DNA of 64,000 bases, taken from NCBI GenBank assembly GCA_963796105.1, contig CAWCKJ010000012.1:1-64000 (forward strand), in the 5' to 3' direction. Position numbers and translations under genes: made by a program. The DNA comes from a candidate division FCPU426 bacterium. Its GTDB lineage: Bacteria > Oederibacteriota > Muellerivitia > Muellerivitales > Muellerivitaceae. The notes below the pieces were generated by a model. The model searched no databases. It was not told the DNA's origin and worked only from the letters and a program-made list of their open reading frames with translations. This document shows, piece by piece, positions 45,882-55,681 of this stretch (the stretch's first letter is position 1; each line of letters begins with the position of its first letter).

Positions 45882-47295
45882 GATTCACCTCCACTTTTCC
45901 CTCAACTAGGTCCCGGTAATCCAGTATTCCGTCGGCAATTGCGCTCGCGATCTGATCCTTCCAATAGGAATTCCTGAGTTTCGTTTCTTCCTTTTGGTTG
46001 CTGATGAAAGCTGTTTCAATCAGGATGGAAGGCATATCCACCCGGCAAAGGACATAAAAAGGAGCCTCTTGAACCCGGCGCAATTGTTGACCGAGCCTTT
46101 TTTTTATTTGCCCCTCAACTAAATCAGCCAAAGTGAAACTACACCGGGTGTATTTTCGATGGTGAAGGTCAGTCAGAATGGAATCCATATAACCCCTCCT
46201 TCCATTTTCCCGTCTTGCCGCTCCTGCCGCGAAATTATTGGAGGGTTTCAAGCCGTAAACATAGGTCTCGGTGCCGGTTGCCCTGCTGTGTCGGTTGGAA
46301 TTGCAATGAATGGATACGAACAGATCGGCGTTGTGGCTGTTGGCAAAATCCGTTCTGCCTTTGAGAGTGACGTAATAATCGGCTGACCTGGTCATGTATA
46401 CCTGCAATTTTTCGTCTTTTTTCAATAGATCCGCGACACGTTTGGCGATGTCCAAGGTAGCCTGTTTCTCGCAATAGTTTCTGTCAAAACCCCTGGCGCC
46501 GATGTCTCGTCCCCCGTGCCCAGGATCTATGACGATTCGTCGAACCCGATAATCCTGGTTGGCCGGGGGTTTTTCCACCTCGTTATTTTCCTGTGCCGGG
46601 GAAGGCGGAACGACCGTTGAGGAATTACCCTCATTCGTTTGATTTCCCGGTGGCGCTGGACCGCCAATGGGATTCGAATTGACCACCGCTTCAGTGGATG
46701 GAATGACCGGGGAAGAGATCGAGCTGGCCCCAGGTTTTTCCCTTCCGTGAGCCAGGATTTCCTCTCGGATCTCGTTTTGTGGGATTCCGCCGACCACCAG
46801 TGCCTGTTGGTCCGGCTCCCAACGGGCAAAAACGTTCAAGACCGCCATCAGGACATCCACAGCCGCCTCGGGCGGAATACCCAGTTGGCCTGATACCACC
46901 TCGGCAGGCTCCATGGGAAAGGAACTTATGGGATCACCAGTCAAAAAGACGGGTTGGGAAAGGACGGTTTTTATCTGGCTTTTCCCCTTTCCGAGGGTGA
47001 TCCGCCTGGTTTGCGAGTCGAAATTCACCTGAATGCCATAAAACTGGGCGACATCCATGAGGGGTAAATAGACATTTCCATTCATGTCTTTTAGGATCGC
47101 AACTTCGGCTTGGTCAGCCCGGTAGGTGTACTTAAGAACCGCATTTTGCGCCTCATCCGAACTAACAGGCGCAATCCAAAGAAACCCTCCCATCGAGAAC
47201 AGAAACATCGTGAGCGAATAAATGGATTTTCTCCAGTTTATTCCGGTTCGATTATTCCGAACACCATTGTTCCCGGTAAATCTCCTAGTAAGCAT
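45856..47295 (-). CDS. N-acetylmuramoyl-L-alanine amidase (Amidase_3) with N-terminal accessory domain
   Basis: IVIDPGHGGRDIGA, EK, DLFVSIHCN, MPSILIETAFISN. Confidence 0.92.
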   Translation of the reverse strand: MLTRRFTGNNGVRNNRTGINWRKSIYSLTMFLFSMGGFLWIAPVSSDEAQNAVLKYTYRADQAEVAILKDMNGNVYLPLMDVAQFYGIQVNFDSQTRRITLGKGKSQIKTVLSQPVFLTGDPISSFPMEPAEVVSGQLGIPPEAAVDVLMAVLNVFARWEPDQQALVVGGIPQNEIREEILAHGREKPGASSISSPVIPSTEAVVNSNPIGGPAPPGNQTNEGNSSTVVPPSPAQENNEVEKPPANQDYRVRRIVIDPGHGGRDIGARGFDRNYCEKQATLDIAKRVADLLKKDEKLQVYMTRSADYYVTLKGRTDFANSHNADLFVSIHCNSNRHSRATGTETYVYGLKPSNNFAAGAARRENGRRGYMDSILTDLHHRKYTRCSFTLADLVEGQIKKRLGQQLRRVQEAPFYVLCRVDMPSILIETAFISNQKEETKLRNSYWKDQIASAIADGILDYRDLVEGKVEVNLENRQARR

Positions 47296-48475
47296 CGTTG
47301 GTTTCTTCTTTTTGAGGCTTCAAGTTTTTATGCTTCAGCCTGAAATACCAAGAATAGATGCGCCGGTTTCCCTGCACATCTTTGGCAGTCAATATCAGCA
47401 TATGGCCTCCAGGCCGCAACTTGGCCTTCACCTGGTGGATCAAGGTTTTCGTCTGGGGATTGTAATGGAAGACCATTCGATGGTCGCCCAAATGCAAATC
47501 CAGCGAGGCAGGAACAATGTCATCTAATATTTCCGCTGATATCTTTGGAAATTCGCTCGAGATGACTTGTCCGTCGTAGGGGTAAGTCTTTTCCAAGTGC
47601 AAGACCTTATTCTCGAATATTCTCCCGAATTTTTCATGCTCCAATGGAAAAAGGACCAAATAACGCCGGAGCTTCAATGGAGGGACCGTTCTGTCATTAG
47701 GACCTCGGTTAACAGTAAAGGCCAGTTGGTAACCTTTCTCACGGGTCTTCTGAACAATGACGTCGTCATACACCCCATAGGGATAAGCCAGGGTGGTCGC
47801 TTTGTGATTGAATTTTTCGTTGATAAAAGTCAGGGGATCGCTCAACTCCTCGTCCAATAACCGGTTGAAATCCGATGCCTGTATTTTCTCCTCCTCTAAA
47901 CCCAGGTTCAGGTGGCTTTTCGTATGGGACTCCACCGCGATCCCGGCCCTCTGAAGGGCCGCGATCTCAGTGTAATGCAGGGAATCTTTCTGTCCCCGGA
48001 TAAAATCAGTGTAAAGGAAAAGGACTCCCGGATAGCCGAATTTCCGGAACACAGGATAAGCCTTGTGGTAAATACTGTTGAACCCATCGTCAAAGGTCAA
48101 AAGCACCGCTTTGTCGGGGAGGGGTTTCCCTTCAAACCAGTAGGCTTTCAACTGCTCGAGCGATATGGGCACAATCCCGTGTTCCTTCAAATACTGCATT
48201 TGCCAGCGAAATTCGGCTACCGGTAGCCTATACATTGACAGCGGTAATTTCTGCCATTCCGGATGTGAGACAAAGCGGTGGTAGCATAACACCGTGAATC
48301 CATTATCCGGAGGTTCAACAATGGGTGCTATGGCGGCAGTCGCAAGGGGCGTCTCGACCGCGGTCACCCGGGGTATAACCGGGTCCCCGCCAAGCGCCGG
48401 TAAAAAGCTTGCCAGCGCCCAAACTGCCATGGCCCTTGTAATAACTCCAAATGGGGTCCGCCTATCACCCGGCAT
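47285..48475 (-). CDS. Polysaccharide deacetylase (CE4) with C-terminal Ig-like domain
   Basis: VLCYHRF, LTFDDG, SHTKSH, LAYPYG. Confidence 0.9.
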   Translation of the reverse strand: MPGDRRTPFGVITRAMAVWALASFLPALGGDPVIPRVTAVETPLATAAIAPIVEPPDNGFTVLCYHRFVSHPEWQKLPLSMYRLPVAEFRWQMQYLKEHGIVPISLEQLKAYWFEGKPLPDKAVLLTFDDGFNSIYHKAYPVFRKFGYPGVLFLYTDFIRGQKDSLHYTEIAALQRAGIAVESHTKSHLNLGLEEEKIQASDFNRLLDEELSDPLTFINEKFNHKATTLAYPYGVYDDVIVQKTREKGYQLAFTVNRGPNDRTVPPLKLRRYLVLFPLEHEKFGRIFENKVLHLEKTYPYDGQVISSEFPKISAEILDDIVPASLDLHLGDHRMVFHYNPQTKTLIHQVKAKLRPGGHMLILTAKDVQGNRRIYSWYFRLKHKNLKPQKEETNDAY

Positions 48476-48534
48476 TCTTCCCGCCTTTCATCTTCAGGAT
48501 CTCCCGCCCCTTTATTCGGCGGGCATAACCTGGG

Positions 48535-49701
48535 CTAGTTGTTTTGAAACGGCTTGCTGGCTAAACGGCGGCGCAGGTAAGCCGGGATGTCATATTGTCC
48601 ATCCGACATTTTCACGGCCAATTCCCCTTCCTCTTGCTCGGCAGGAGCCGGATTGGAGGAGGATGCTTTGGCGGTATTGAAACCAGTCGTGACAAAATTC
48701 TTCAGGTCGATCACCGTCGCCATCTCGGCGGGATTCTTCGGCTGGTCGAAACCCGTCGCGATGATGGTCACCCGGATCCCGTCACGCAGGTTCTCGTCCC
48801 GGACGATGCCCGGTACGATTTCGGCTCCGGGGCGGGCGGCTTTCTGCAGGAATCCGTTGATCTGGTTGAACTCGTTCAAGGTGAAGTTGGCTCCTGCGGT
48901 CACTTGGGCGAGTACCGCGGAAGCTCCCGCGATGTCAACATCCTCCAAAAGAGGGCTATTGACGGCTTTTTGAACCGCTTTCAAGGCCCTATCCTCTCCC
49001 GTCCCATAGCCTGTACCCATGAGCACTTTACCCTTGGCGGTAAGAATTCGCTTCACGTCGGCGAAATCGCGGTTGATGATGCCCTCCGAGTGAATGACCA
49101 CCGAGATGCCCTGGATGGTCTGGACCAAAACCTCATCCACTCGCGCGAAGGCCGAGGTCAAATCCACGTCCTGCTCGCAAACCAGGTTGATGCGCTCGTT
49201 GGGAATGACCACGATGGCGTCGACATGGGGGAGCATGGCCTGGAGGCCGTCCTCCGCCTGGGCTTTCCGGACAGGCCCCTCATGCTCGAAGGGACGGCTG
49301 ACCACTCCCACCGTCAGGATATTAAGACTCTTGGAGATTTCGGCCACCACCGGCGCCGCGCCGGTCCCGGTCCCGCCGCCCATGCCGGCCGCGATAACCA
49401 CCATATCGGCCCCTTCCAGCATCTTTTTGATTTCCTCGCTGGATTCCAAGGCCGCTTCCTTTCCGATGGTCGGATTCCCGCCCGAACCCAAGCCCTTGGT
49501 CAGGTTCTTGCCCAACTGGATCTTTTTGGATCCCTTGGACCTCCTGAGCGATTTGTAATCCGTGTTGGCCGCGATGCACTCCACTCCCTCAATCCCGGCC
49601 TCGATCATTTTATTGACGGCGTTGCAACCGCCGCCCCCGACCCCGATGACTTTCAGATGGGCCAGGTACTGCGTCACATCATCTTCCGCGAATTCAATCA
49701 T
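48535..49701 (-). CDS. ftsZ: Cell division protein FtsZ
   Basis: GVGGGGCNAV, GMGGGTGTG, DFADV, C-terminal DIPAYLRR. Confidence 0.98.
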   Translation of the reverse strand: MIEFAEDDVTQYLAHLKVIGVGGGGCNAVNKMIEAGIEGVECIAANTDYKSLRRSKGSKKIQLGKNLTKGLGSGGNPTIGKEAALESSEEIKKMLEGADMVVIAAGMGGGTGTGAAPVVAEISKSLNILTVGVVSRPFEHEGPVRKAQAEDGLQAMLPHVDAIVVIPNERINLVCEQDVDLTSAFARVDEVLVQTIQGISVVIHSEGIINRDFADVKRILTAKGKVLMGTGYGTGEDRALKAVQKAVNSPLLEDVDIAGASAVLAQVTAGANFTLNEFNQINGFLQKAARPGAEIVPGIVRDENLRDGIRVTIIATGFDQPKNPAEMATVIDLKNFVTTGFNTAKASSSNPAPAEQEEGELAVKMSDGQYDIPAYLRRRLASKPFQNN

Positions 49702-49834
49702 CTTAATCCCCCTCTTGATCCTCGAATTTTCCTGCTGATTCCCTTAACCTTCACACGCTTCCCTTCATTTATGGTTGCCGCCGCACCTCCCCCTCGAGAT
49801 CGAATGATTCCATACCGACGATTGCTTTTAAAAT

Positions 49835-51091
49835 TTAAACCGAGTCCCCGAACCACTTCTTCATCCGGCCGAGAATGTTCTTGATGGAATCCCCACCGCC
49901 GGTAAATAGTCCAGTCCTGCGCCCGCCCGCGGCTTTTCCAGCCTGCATCCCGATCAAAACGAGGCCGACAGCCGTGGAGTAGATGGGATTGGATACCACG
50001 TCTGTGAGTCCTCCCACTCTCTTGGGCGACCCGATGCGCACCGGCAGTTGTAGGATCTTTTCCGCCAGTTCGGCGGTTCCTTCCATCAGGGAAGTCCCGC
50101 CCGTGATGACCGCTCCCGCCGGAATGCGGTCCTCGAACCCATGGCGCTTGATTTCCGCGGCGACCAGCTCGAAAATTTCCTCCATGCGGGCCTCAATGAT
50201 CTCAGAGAGGACTCTGCGAGGCATCCGGCGGTCGGGGCGCCCCCCCACTCCCGGGACGCTGATTTCCTCCTCCTCCTTTACCATGGCGGTATAGGCGCAT
50301 CCATATTGGATTTTGATGTTCTCAGCCTCGGTATTGGGTGTTCGAAGCCCCACCGCAACGTCGCTGGTCACCAGGGACCCGCCCAGGGTAATGATGCCGG
50401 TGTACCAAAGGGAGCCGTTGATGAAAATCGCGATGTCGGATGTTCCACCCCCTATATCCACCAGCATTACCCCCAGTTCCTTCTCGTCGGCGGAAAGGAT
50501 GGCCTCCGCGGAAGCCAGGGGCTGAAGGATGATGTCCGCGACGTGAATGCCCGCCCGTTCCACGCTTCGGACGATGTTCTGGACGCTGGTGACGGCGCCC
50601 GTCACGACGTGGACCTCGGATTCAAGCCTCACCCCCGACATTCCGACCGGATTCTTGATCCCATCCTGGTCGTCCACAATGTATTCCTGAGGAATGACAT
50701 GGATGATCTCCCGGTCCATGGGAATGGCGATGGCCTGGGCCGCCTCGATCACGCGCTCCCTATCCTCCTCGGAAATTTCCCTGTCCTTGCGCGAGACCGC
50801 GATGACCCCCCGGCTGTTCAATCCCTTGATATGCCCGCCCGCCACACCCGCGAACGCGGACGTGACCTCGACGCCGGCCATTCGCTCGGCGTCCGAGATG
50901 GATTTCTTGATGGAGGCGATGGTCTGATCGATGTTGACGACAGATCCCTTCTTGAGGCCCGTGGAAGGGGTCGTTCCAACCCCGATGATGTGGACTTGCC
51001 CCTCGTCGTCCTGTTCCCCGATGATGGTGCAGACCTTGGTTGTTCCCAGGTCCAGACCCACCACGATGTCCTGCTTGATTTCCTTAGCCAT
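49835..51091 (-). CDS. ftsA: Cell division protein FtsA
   Basis: VGLDLGTTK, DIGGGT, VITGG, YSTAVGL. Confidence 0.98.
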   Translation of the reverse strand: MAKEIKQDIVVGLDLGTTKVCTIIGEQDDEGQVHIIGVGTTPSTGLKKGSVVNIDQTIASIKKSISDAERMAGVEVTSAFAGVAGGHIKGLNSRGVIAVSRKDREISEEDRERVIEAAQAIAIPMDREIIHVIPQEYIVDDQDGIKNPVGMSGVRLESEVHVVTGAVTSVQNIVRSVERAGIHVADIILQPLASAEAILSADEKELGVMLVDIGGGTSDIAIFINGSLWYTGIITLGGSLVTSDVAVGLRTPNTEAENIKIQYGCAYTAMVKEEEEISVPGVGGRPDRRMPRRVLSEIIEARMEEIFELVAAEIKRHGFEDRIPAGAVITGGTSLMEGTAELAEKILQLPVRIGSPKRVGGLTDVVSNPIYSTAVGLVLIGMQAGKAAGGRRTGLFTGGGDSIKNILGRMKKWFGDSV

Positions 51092-51142
51092 CCCGACACC
51101 CCCTAACCACAATTTAAATTTCCGAAAATCTTTTATTTATAC

Positions 51143-52165
51143 TCATCTCGTCTTGACGAGAACCATATCCCGATAGCGGAAATCCATGGTTCCTGCCTTC
51201 TTCCGTCTTTGGCTTAAATCACTCAAAACCAGCGCCATGCGCCTCAACTCCCTCTCCGTTACCTGCGGGTTGAAGACCGCAGTGATGCCGTCAATAAAAG
51301 TCACTTTCAATGAATCCGGCTCTCCCAGGCCCAATTCGGACACGTCCTGCGCCAGGACCGGATCCCGCTGCCGGATAAAATCTAGAAAATCAAGCGCGGG
51401 TTTAACCGCCTCCGCCATGCGCGTGGTTCCCATCGAGTCAGCCTCCACCTTCATCCCTGAAATCAAGGGCAAGTCCTCTTTCAGCAAAACGTCGGAAGGC
51501 GAGAACACCCGGCCACCTCGGTCCATTCCATACAAGGCCCCTGAATCCAATAGGGCGACCGGTTTCCTTTCCACGATTGAGATCAGGATAGTCTGGGGCA
51601 GACGTCGCTCCAGATATACACGGGCCACCCAATCTAATTCCCTCACCTTTTGCGCGGCCTCCTCCAGGTTCAACTTGAACATGTTCTCGCCCAAAGGCAG
51701 GGCGGCCCTCTGGATCACCTGTTCCTCGGTCAGGTAATGATTGCCTTGCACCAAAACTCTTGAAAGTTTCAAACCCGCCATGTCTTGCAAAAGCGCAGTA
51801 GCCTTGCTTTTAGACCATACAACACCCATGACGAGACCCGCCGCTACCAAGACTTTCACGGCCACATGTTTACCTTTCCATGAAGGAACCCGAAAAGAGC
51901 GGTTTCCCGGTCTTTCCGGGAATCGGGGCAGATCCCTCGGGGGCGTTATTCCCGGCCGGTAAAAGGCGTAAACCTTTTGGCGGTATGCCGAAGCGGGCGA
52001 AAAAGATTTTTTCCCATCCTTTGACCGCTTGGGTAGAAAACCCCCTTTCAACGATTTCAACGGCAGGGTGAACCTCCAACCCTTGTCCTCCTTTCCCAAC
52101 TTTTCAATACTGTGAAAGCGTGTTTTCCCGGGACCGGATGAAACCTGGCTTCCTCGGTATAGCAT
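51143..52165 (-). CDS. ftsQ: Cell division protein FtsQ/DivIB
   Basis: TM helix, POTRA (VQGNHYLT...RRLPQTI.I.ERKP), terminal DFRY; position between ddl and ftsA. Confidence 0.9.
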   Translation of the reverse strand: MLYRGSQVSSGPGKTRFHSIEKLGKEDKGWRFTLPLKSLKGGFLPKRSKDGKKSFSPASAYRQKVYAFYRPGITPPRDLPRFPERPGNRSFRVPSWKGKHVAVKVLVAAGLVMGVVWSKSKATALLQDMAGLKLSRVLVQGNHYLTEEQVIQRAALPLGENMFKLNLEEAAQKVRELDWVARVYLERRLPQTILISIVERKPVALLDSGALYGMDRGGRVFSPSDVLLKEDLPLISGMKVEADSMGTTRMAEAVKPALDFLDFIRQRDPVLAQDVSELGLGEPDSLKVTFIDGITAVFNPQVTERELRRMALVLSDLSQRRKKAGTMDFRYRDMVLVKTR

Positions 52166-52170
52166 TTAAC

Positions 52171-53226
52171 TCACTCCCCCACAGCCAGAGGCCAGACCAT
52201 GCGGTTTTTTGTTTTCATCTCTGCTTTTCTTTTTTTCACGGCCATGCGCGTCAAAGTCGACAAAAGGCGCGGGAAGGAAATCCCCGCGGCCTTGGCGGCA
52301 TCCGGCACCAGGCTTGTGGATGTCATACCCGGCGCCGTATTTACTTCCAGAATCTGCGGCTCTCCATTTTCGGGGACGATGAAATCCACGCGGTAATAAT
52401 CCGAGCAACCCATGGATTTCCCCGCGAGGATGGCGTATTTCTTCACTTTCCGCTCCTGTTTCTTCTTTATTCTCGCTGGAATGAGATGCTCGGAATGCCC
52501 AGGGGTGTACTTGGCGTCAAAATCGTAAAATTCGTTTTTAGGCACGATTTCAATCACCGGCAGGGCTTTTCCGCCCAAAACTGTTACTGTCACCTCGATT
52601 CCAGGTATGAATTTCTCGAGGATGGCCCAGGAACTGAATTTTAAGGCCAGGCAAACCGCCTTCCCCAATTCTTTCCTGTCCCGAACGATGGTGACCCCGA
52701 TCGCCGAGCCGGTGTCCGCCGGTTTCACCACTAAGGGAGCGGCGATCTTGATTTCCTTCATCCAGTCCTTGCGGCTTGCGGTTGCATAAATGGCCTGCCA
52801 GGGTGCCGTGGGAATTCCGTTGGCCTCAAATACCAGTTTGGAACAGCCTTTATGCATGGCTAATCCGCAGGCAAGAGCGCCGGATCCCGTATAGGGGATT
52901 TCCATCCGGTCAAGAAGGGCTTGAAGGCTTCCATCCTCGCCAAAACCCCCGTGCAAAGCGATGAAAACAACGTCGAAATTCGCCGCCAGGAGGCGTTTTT
53001 CCAGCCTTCTTTCATTCTTATCCTCCGGTCCCAACATGAACACGGTCGCGTTCAAACCCGAAGCGCGCAGCCCCTCCACGACATTCCCGCCGGAAAGAAG
53101 AGAAATTTTTCTTTCCGGACTCCAACCACCCATCAGGACTCCAACTCTCATTTTGTTCCCCCTTGTTTTCATCCGGATTTTCGACCTGTTTTCTTTCCAT
53201 TCATTTTGATTCGTTATTCCATTCAT
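52171..53226 (-). CDS. ddl: D-alanine--D-alanine ligase
   Basis: VLMGGWSPER, LHGGFGEDG, FYDFDAKY (Tyr retained), LEVNTAPGMT; an alternative start at 53151 is possible. Confidence 0.96.
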   Translation of the reverse strand: MNGITNQNEWKENRSKIRMKTRGNKMRVGVLMGGWSPERKISLLSGGNVVEGLRASGLNATVFMLGPEDKNERRLEKRLLAANFDVVFIALHGGFGEDGSLQALLDRMEIPYTGSGALACGLAMHKGCSKLVFEANGIPTAPWQAIYATASRKDWMKEIKIAAPLVVKPADTGSAIGVTIVRDRKELGKAVCLALKFSSWAILEKFIPGIEVTVTVLGGKALPVIEIVPKNEFYDFDAKYTPGHSEHLIPARIKKKQERKVKKYAILAGKSMGCSDYYRVDFIVPENGEPQILEVNTAPGMTSTSLVPDAAKAAGISFPRLLSTLTRMAVKKRKAEMKTKNRMVWPLAVGE

Positions 53227-53264
53227 CCCTTGCCCCTAATCCTTTTCTAGCAACATCGCCGAAA

Positions 53265-54248
53265 CTATTTTTTGGAACTCCAAAATACGTCCTTGATCTC
53301 TTCCCAGACCCAGTCGCCCATGGGTACTATTTCTGGTTCCAGGCGGATTTGATATTGCTCCGACACTCTTCTTTGAATTTCCCTCATCACGGCCACAACG
53401 TCGTGAGCCGTGGCTCCTCCCTCGTTGGTGATGAAGTTGGCGTGAATCTCGCTGACCTTCGCTCCTCCCATCCGGAAACCTTTCAACCCGGCTGTTTCAA
53501 TCAACCTTCCGGCGAATTCCTTGTCCGGATTCTTAAAGACACTTCCCGCGTTTTTCTCGGTCCTGGGTTGTTTTCCCCTTCGATGCTTGAAATACTCCTT
53601 CACCTTTTTCTCGATTTCCGCGGGAGATTCCTTTTTCAGTTTCAACACGGCTTCCACCAGAACGTTTCCGCTTCCTTTAAGGGACGAATGACGGTAGCTA
53701 TAGTCAAAATCCCCTTTTTCCAGCTTCCGAACTTCACCCCTCGGAGTGATCACGGTGAGTTCCTCCACCAAGGAACCGATCCAGGCTTTTTTGGCCCCGG
53801 CGTTACCCACCACCGCCCCTCCCAAGGTACCGGGAATCCCGGCGAAGAATTCCACGCCTCCCAAACCCGCTTCCCGGGCCTTTTCCAGGACACTTACCAA
53901 CCGGGTTCCCCCTTTGGCCCTGACCCGGTCTCCCTCGATTCGTACCCCCTGGAATCCCCTCCCCAAGCGCACCACGACTCCATGGAAACCCTCATCCGCG
54001 AAAAGCACATTGCTTCCGCCGCCCAATAGCAGATAGGAAACCTGGGCGAGGGTCAGGCACCGCAGGAGGGTCTCCAAATCCTCAACCGACTGGGGTTCCG
54101 CGAAAACCGCGGCCTTTCCCCCGATGTGGTAGGTGGTGTAAGGCGCGATGGTGTGGTCCATCTCCACCTTTCCCTTGATAAGGTTTTGAAGCTCCCTGAA
54201 ATCCACTTTTTTCCTTTCCATCACTAACACGCTTGGCTTCTTTCTCAC
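53265..54248 (-). CDS. murB: UDP-N-acetylmuramate dehydrogenase
   Basis: LGGGSNVL, GIPGTLGGA..NAGA, GSVFKNP, HANFI; start may be ATG 54221. Confidence 0.96.
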   Translation of the reverse strand: MRKKPSVLVMERKKVDFRELQNLIKGKVEMDHTIAPYTTYHIGGKAAVFAEPQSVEDLETLLRCLTLAQVSYLLLGGGSNVLFADEGFHGVVVRLGRGFQGVRIEGDRVRAKGGTRLVSVLEKAREAGLGGVEFFAGIPGTLGGAVVGNAGAKKAWIGSLVEELTVITPRGEVRKLEKGDFDYSYRHSSLKGSGNVLVEAVLKLKKESPAEIEKKVKEYFKHRRGKQPRTEKNAGSVFKNPDKEFAGRLIETAGLKGFRMGGAKVSEIHANFITNEGGATAHDVVAVMREIQRRVSEQYQIRLEPEIVPMGDWVWEEIKDVFWSSKK

Positions 54249-54274
54249 CGCCGGCAGGGCGGTCCGTCGATTTC

Positions 54275-55681
54275 TTATCCTTTATGTTTCTGGATAAGGT
54301 CATTTCCGATTTTCCAGATATCCCCCGCTCCCATGGTTATTAGAACGTATTTTTCGGTAAGGTGATTTTTCAAGTAATCCAACAGTCCCGCCCGGTCTTC
54401 GGCGTAAACAGCATGGGGATGCCCGTTTTCGCGTAGGGCTTCCACTAATGTTTTACCGGTAACCCCCGGGATTGGCTTCTCCCTGGAAGGATAAATGGCC
54501 GAGATGATGACCTCATCCGCGTCCCCGAAGGCCTTGCCAAACTTGTCCCGAAGAAGCTGGGTTCTTGAGAAAAGGTGCGGTTGAAAGACCACCAAGACTT
54601 TTTTTGAGGGACCCGCGAAATTTCGGACCGCCTTGAGCGTTTCCGAAACCGCGGTCGGGTGGTGAGCATAGTCATCCACGACCACCGCCCCTTTGAAAGA
54701 GCCCTTGACCTCGAAGCGCCGTTGGGCGCCGTGGAATTTCGCCAATCCACCGGCGATGTTTTTAAAAGATATCCTCAACTCGAGCCCCACAGCAACGGCC
54801 GCGAGGGCGTTCTTGATGTTGAATTTTCCCGGCACATTGAGTTTAACCATTCCCATCTTTTTTCCGTGGACCACAACCTCAAAGAAGGACCCGGATTTCT
54901 CAAGCTTGATCTTCCGGGCTGAGATCTGCGCCTTGGGTGTCACCCCATAAGTCGTCACCCGTCGCTGGACCTGTGGCAGGATCTGCTGAACCTGCTTGTC
55001 GTCGATTCCCAACACGACGCATCCATAGAATGGCACCTTATTGGAGAAAGCCACGAAGGCGTCCCGTACTTTCTCGATAGAGCCGTAATAATCTAGGTGG
55101 TCGTCGTCGATATTGGTCACCACGGAAATCATGGGAGAAAGAAGGAAAAATTCTCCGAAAGCCTCGCAGGCTTCCGCCACCAAATAGGGGCTATTGCCGA
55201 GTTTGGCGTTGGATTTGAATGCGTCCACTTGCCCCCCTATGACGAGGGTGGGATCCAAACGGGCCTCGGTCATGATCAGCCCCACCATGGAAGTAGTGGT
55301 GGTTTTGCCGTGGGTTCCCGAAACGGCGATGCCAAATTTCAATCGCATCAGTTCCGCCAGCATCTCGGTTCGGGGGATGACAGGTATGGATTTTTTCCGG
55401 GCTTCCAGAATTTCCGGATTGTCAGACGGAACTGCGGCTGAATAGACCGCGACATCCGCGCCAGCAACGTTTCCTGATTTGTGGGTGAAGTGTATCCTTG
55501 CCCCCATTTGCGCCAGCCTTTGCGTGGTCTCAGAGGCTTTAAGGTCGGAACCCGTGACTTCGTATTTGAGGCTCAAGAGCACCGCGGCAATACCGCTCAT
55601 GCCAGCTCCCCCGATGCCGATGAAATGCACCCGTTTCACCGCCCCAAAAGGCTGGGTTAGAATTCCGAATGACGGCTTCAT
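54275..55681 (-). CDS. murC: UDP-N-acetylmuramate--L-alanine ligase
   Basis: HFIGIGGAGMSG, GTHGKTTTT, DDYAHHP. Confidence 0.97.
   Translation of the reverse strand: MKPSFGILTQPFGAVKRVHFIGIGGAGMSGIAAVLLSLKYEVTGSDLKASETTQRLAQMGARIHFTHKSGNVAGADVAVYSAAVPSDNPEILEARKKSIPVIPRTEMLAELMRLKFGIAVSGTHGKTTTTSMVGLIMTEARLDPTLVIGGQVDAFKSNAKLGNSPYLVAEACEAFGEFFLLSPMISVVTNIDDDHLDYYGSIEKVRDAFVAFSNKVPFYGCVVLGIDDKQVQQILPQVQRRVTTYGVTPKAQISARKIKLEKSGSFFEVVVHGKKMGMVKLNVPGKFNIKNALAAVAVGLELRISFKNIAGGLAKFHGAQRRFEVKGSFKGAVVVDDYAHHPTAVSETLKAVRNFAGPSKKVLVVFQPHLFSRTQLLRDKFGKAFGDADEVIISAIYPSREKPIPGVTGKTLVEALRENGHPHAVYAEDRAGLLDYLKNHLTEKYVLITMGAGDIWKIGNDLIQKHKG

Noticed and set aside
48595..51106. Long plus-strand ORFs (429 aa and 321 aa)
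   Set aside because: Antisense shadows of ftsZ and ftsA caused by GC-biased codon usage; the same applies to most short opposite-strand ORFs in the track.
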